Shown in pieces: positions 58,996 to 64,000 of a stretch of 64,000 nucleotides of DNA. The position numbers and the translations under genes were made by a program. The stretch covers positions 49,857,753-49,921,752 of the forward strand of contig NC_068998.1 in NCBI RefSeq assembly GCF_001194135.2, read 5' to 3'. How positions within the stretch are numbered: the stretch's first letter is position 1; every line of letters starts with the position of its first letter. This stretch comes from Octopus bimaculoides (taxonomy: Eukaryota). The notes beneath the pieces are model-generated. The model did no database searches and was not told the DNA's origin. It saw only the letters and a program-made list of their open reading frames with translations.

Positions 58996-59210
58996 CCTTC
59001 GCATAGTTTCTAACGCTGGAGATGTACTACAGTGTCAGCTGTTCACTACCAGTGCACTATAATAACACATCCTACTTAACGAGCACCTTCCGGAGTATTC
59101 GAGCGGTTCCAAGCAGTGCTGTTTTCTACAAGTGCTCAACCCTTGTTGCAGCCCCTATTTGTTCCACGTAAATCTCGAGATTTTGGCCCACCATTCCCAG
59201 GGCTCCGGCA

Positions 59211-59215
<5 letters not shown>
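58900..59215 (-). mobile_element. 3' end of an R4/Dong-like LINE with (TAC)n(TAA)n tail
   Basis: Minus strand ALGMV...L*KTALLGTARILRKVL followed by a simple-repeat tail. Confidence 0.65.
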
Positions 59216-59255
<40 letters not shown>

Positions 59256-59876
59256 CATTATTATTATTATTATTATGATTATTTAATCTATTTTAATTCA
59301 GCGAACTGGTAAACTTGTTAGGACACCGTACGAAATGCTTAGCAGATTTTAGTCCTTTACCTTCTGAATGGAAATTCCGACCAGGTCCACTTTGCCGTTC
59401 AGCCTGTCAGGTCGATAAAATAAGTAGGAGCTGAAGCGAAGAAGAAGAAGAAGAAGAAGAAGAAGAAGAAGAAGGAGGAGGNNNNNNNNNNTAAGTAGGA
59501 GCTGAAGCGAAGAAGAAGAAGAAGAAGAAAAACTACAACAACATTAATTATAATAAAGATACACTGGAAATTTATTTACCAGCTTATTATAATTACTGTT
59601 TAATTTCCACATCTATTTTTATCTTTTTCTGCCAAAATTATTTCCAATGGTTTACAGCTGCTTAGTCTACGTATTGCTCTCGTTTGTAAGTTGTGTATTT
59701 CACCTGATTACACGCAGAGCTCTTATGAATGGAGACTGTTTGCGTTATTGGTCGAGAACAATCCTCACACTTCATGTAATTCTCGAGAAAATGTCAACGA
59801 TATTGACGAAATAAATCCATCAATTCTAAATGACATGACTAATTCATTAACATATTTTTTGTTTCAATTTATTTAG

Positions 59877-59962
59877 GTGACGTTCCCAAATCTAGGTTAG
59901 CGCCCTGCGTTGTTACATTAAACAATATATTATTGGCCGTTCCTGAATCTACCATATTTTAG
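59877..59962 (+). pseudogene. Orphan intact B-type last exon (xDVPKSRLAPCVVTLNNILLAVPESTIF*), with intron-3 end and 3'UTR homology over about 59690-60200
   Basis: tttag|GTGAC acceptor; 86 nt like B7 exon 4 with the same ATA TTT TAG ending. The AATAAA seen at this position in B5/B7 reads AACATA. No exon 2/3 match upstream. Confidence 0.7.
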
Positions 59963-60239
59963 TGGAATTCGAACGTATGCACGATGTGAGGCTAACATAT
60001 ATGAAAAATGTAAGTGAGACATTTTCGAAAGTTTTGCATTATATTAAATCTTATATTCAGTATATAACAAATGGAAGTAACTAAATAGCTTCGAAATAAT
60101 ATTTTTATACCCATGCCAAGAAACATTATATCTAATTCGTTTGAATACAATGTCACTTTACATCTACTGACGTTGCTATGTGATATTTATTTTCAATTCA
60201 TTACTGCATCAATGCTATAAGAGTAGTGTCAGATAATTT

Positions 60240-61100
60240 GAAAATGAATTGCTCTTCAATATATATTCAGTTAGAAAAGTTTCACGAACAAGCTATTTTG
60301 GAGGAGCATTATCTTATTTTCCTACGTTTTATTATCATCTCCTTCGAAAAAGTCATCTTCCGCATCTGTACTCCGGCCGCACTCTTCCTACCACTTTTGG
60401 AATCCGGTTTAGAAATTGATTTCTGCAAGCGTTACGCGGAATTTCCGCAACTCGACCTGGATCACGACAACTGTGGGAAAACGATGATCTTGGAGTCTTC
60501 ATCTTCGGGAAGAGAGGAAATTCCGCAGATGTTAAATCTGGGGAAAATGTTGGTTCCGTAAGCTATATTATGTTGATTTTGTTGAGAAACTTACGAGCGT
60601 GGAGATCTCAGTGATAGAGTGCATTGTCATTGTGAAAATTACAATTTTTGCGCTCCACAGACTCGGTTGTTTTCGGAGAACGTACTCATTCACAAGCTTC
60701 AAAAGGTCATTGATTGTCTTGTGACGATGCTCATGCTCGAGCTGATGAGTTTTCCACATTTCATCGGTGGGTGGGGGGACGCTGGTAGAATGTCTTCAAG
60801 TTCTCTAATCCACTTCTAGGATCATTCTACCACTTTTGAAGCGTCAATGCCACTCGAGACATCACATACGACTCACGTAAGCTTGCCGAATCTTTCTCAA
60901 TGTTTCTGTAGCAGATTTCGCAATTTAATGCAGCGTATCACGTTTGCTTTCTTGTCGAACCCTCGTCCTTGACAAAATCGCAAACTACAGCATACACATA
61001 ATCACAAATTCACTTGTGAAGTAAACACAACGATATCTCTCGATTTCACTGTGTCATGAAGATCACGGCAACCTCTCACCGTGAGCTATCACATTTTGGC
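60240..61100 (-). mobile_element. Decayed mariner-type transposase
   Basis: Degenerate HDNAPAH-like and C-terminal catalytic-domain sequence with many stops. Confidence 0.5.
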
Positions 61101-64000
61101 GCCCTATGGTACTAGCACGTAAAATGTTTGATACCACCACGTATGGCAGTTTCGAAGAAACATCATCCAAGGTTTAACTCTATGAATACCCTGCAACATT
61201 TTATGTGATACTGGTATCACATTTTATGTGATACCAGTAGCATATCAATAGACATAGCATTATCAAAGGACATTCTTTTCAAGGGAATATTCCGTTGTTA
61301 CCACTGGGCATTACTAAAACAATATCAACAGGTCTGTGTGATATATTAACACAACATATCCACATGCTGCAATTTATAATTCATAACTAAAGAAAGTAAA
61401 TTTAAATGATATCAAGTCCTTTGTGGCATAAAACAACCGTTTACAAAGGTTTCCCGAATTTCATTAGTAATATTACTCTATGGAGATGAAACGAAAAAAA
61501 ACTAGCTTTGGGATCAAATTATACTTCGGTATTATTTCAAGTCGAACCTGGAGAAAATGTTGTAAGGCATGGTGTACGACACAAAAGAATTTAATCTCCT
61601 ACTAGACTCTTTGATATATCAATAATGGTTCATTTAGGCAGGATGTTAGATAGAAGAAATCGGTCACTAGATTCAATCCTCGTAGTTGGATGGTGCGTTA
61701 CATTACTGCCTTGAAAGAGATGAACGCTCCTTATGTACCAGTTGAAATTGAACAAGTAAAGTAATATTCCGAATAAAATAACATAACATGCTTCGTTTTC
61801 TCCATACTTTCTTGTCAAGCGATATTGTTTTGCTTATTTTACAAGTGCTAATATTATTTTCAAGGTATTAGAAACCTATTGACGATAAGTTTCTTCAGGG
61901 GGAACTAATAGTTAATACTGTGTATTACAAATTTAAATTGACAATAAACTATTAAATATTTCAATAAATCTTGCGTTTTTCTATTCTCTGTACTAGTTGT
62001 TACGGAAGTTGTACTTATAATGTGTATCCGTAATACATATAAAAATAAATATGCATAAGGATATAATTACATATCTCTAATAATTTCTGAATAATTTTCC
62101 TCACGTACTTGTATGAGAAATTCGTGGCTACGCCAGAGCATTGCTCGAAAGGTTTAGTCGAAGATATCAATCTCAATTCTCAATTAAAACTAGTAATTAA
62201 TTTATCCGTAATACGACATGACTATGTAAATTTCTTAATATAGATTTGCATACATTATGACATGAATATATATATATATATANNNNNNNNNNNNNNNNNN
62301 NNNNNNNNNNNNNNNNNNNNNNNNNNNNNNNNNNNNNNNNNNNNNNNNNNNNNNNNNNNNNNNNNNNNNNNNNNNNNNNNNNNNNNNNNNNNNNNNNNNN
62401 NNNNNNNNNNNNNNNNNNNNNNNNNNNNNNNNNNNNNNNNNNNNNNNNNNNNNNNNNNNNNNNNNNNNNNNNNNNNNNNNNNNNNNNNNNNNNNNNNNNN
62501 NNNNNNNNNNNNNNNNNNNNNNNNNNNNNNNNNNNNNNNNNNNNNNNNNNNNNNNNNNNNNNNNNNNNNNNNNNNNNNNNNNNNNNNNNNNNNNNNNNNN
62601 NNNNNNNNNNNNNNNNNNNNNNNNNNNNNNNNNNNNNNNNNNNNNNNNNNNNNNNNNNNNNNNNNNNNNNNNNNNNNNNNNNNNNNNNNNNNNNNNNNNN
62701 NNNNNNNNNNNNNNNNNNNNNNNNNNNNNNNNNNNNNNNNNNNNNNNNNNNNNNNNNNNNNNNNNNNNNNNNNNNNNNNNNNNNNNNNNNNNNNNNNNNN
62801 NNNNNNNNNNNNNNNNNNNNNNNNNNNNNNNNNNNNNNNNNNNNNNNNNNATATATATATATATATATATACTATCTATATACTTATATATAGATACCTA
62901 TTAATGTGCGCATGTGTGTGTCCATGCGTGTGCGTATATGCTTCTGTGTGCATTTCTGTGTCTTTTTAAGAATGTACTTGAAGTGTTTCCTTCTCTACGT
63001 TGATGTGTTTGTATCTATGTCTAAGACTGTGGGTGAATCCTATTTGGTATCTTTTAATTTCTTTCAATTTAATTACAACTTAAGGATAATATGAATCAAC
63101 CCTGAACTCTCTATTACTTCTGCACAAACTCCATTTATACAGTCATAATGAAATGACCTTTTTAAATCCGTAGAACAGAAATGTGATTGGTTTCCGCACT
63201 CTCGATTGTTGATATATAAGATATTTCCCTGGGTTCTCTAAGCGAATTCATTAAACAGTAGACTCTAAATTGACCAGTAGTAACAGCAAACAGAAGAAAT
63301 AGTGCACATCAATGTAACTTCTGAAATTGCTTAATCTACTTCCGGCGAGATTTTGAATCAAAACACAGTATTTAACTACCAATTCCACCCCCTTCATTCA
63401 CACATTTTAATCGCTCAATTCGGTTTTGGTTTCATGCATCGTAATTGAATTATGGTGCGTATCTTATTGGAATTCTGTTTAATATAATAATAACACGAGG
63501 TGAATCAAGGGAATGTATCGATAGGTTATCTTCTACATTGAGGTTATCTGTACAAACAGTGTCTATGCTTGGGATTAAGTAACAGATTGTACACTCATGA
63601 TAATACATCTAACTACTTTATTATGACGTGTACTTTTTATATTACTTCGTATCTTTCCCTCACTCTTTCCACACCAACACATACACACTTATATATATAC
63701 AGCCACACAAACGCATATGTGCGTGTGTGTGTGTCTGTGTATGGATATGTGTACTTGCGTGTGTTTGTATGTGGGTGCGTGTGTGTGCCTGTGTTTGTAT
63801 TTATGACGAGTCTATATGCATGGGGTTGAATTTATGCTGTGGCTCATTAAATTATGATGTCAGAAAAAGTAACGTTGATTTATATCGCGTTATAAATTAG
63901 TGTATGTGAATATTCGAGTCAAGGCTTGATAGTCAGTGCTGACCAGTGTTTCGACCAAACAAGGAAAACCGCAATGAAAACTACAATATGCATGTGTTTA

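Noticed and set aside
59430-59525. Direct repeat taagtaggagctgaagcgaagaagaag on both sides of a 10-N gap
   Set aside because: Most likely a contig-overlap assembly artefact.

Overview
AT-rich eukaryotic genomic DNA full of microsatellites, with many N gaps bordered by (TA)n runs. The tRNA-derived SINE families and the Penelope/RTE/mariner/Tc1 debris resemble an Octopus (coleoid cephalopod) genome; this is inference, not a database result. None of the supplied ORFs is a convincing host gene. Reading splice signals by eye instead reveals a + strand tandem array of small 4-coding-exon genes: five complete (A2, A3, B5, B6, B7), one cut by the window start (A1), one lacking exons 3-4 (B4), and several orphan pieces. 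The exons are 37 nt (signal peptide), 100 nt, 89-92 nt, and a last exon with a hydrophobic GPI-type tail. They encode 98-107 aa proteins: signal peptide + about 58-aa six-cysteine domain (S-x2-C-x7-C-x6-[YF]P-x4-D-x3-C-x-R-x6-C-x7-C-x(11,12)-C) + hydrophobic C-terminus. There are two subfamilies (A: A1-A3; B: B4-B7), with signs of rapid protein divergence, a stop-loss variant, and birth-and-death turnover. I do not recognise the family. The rest of the window is decayed transposons, SINEs and simple repeats.
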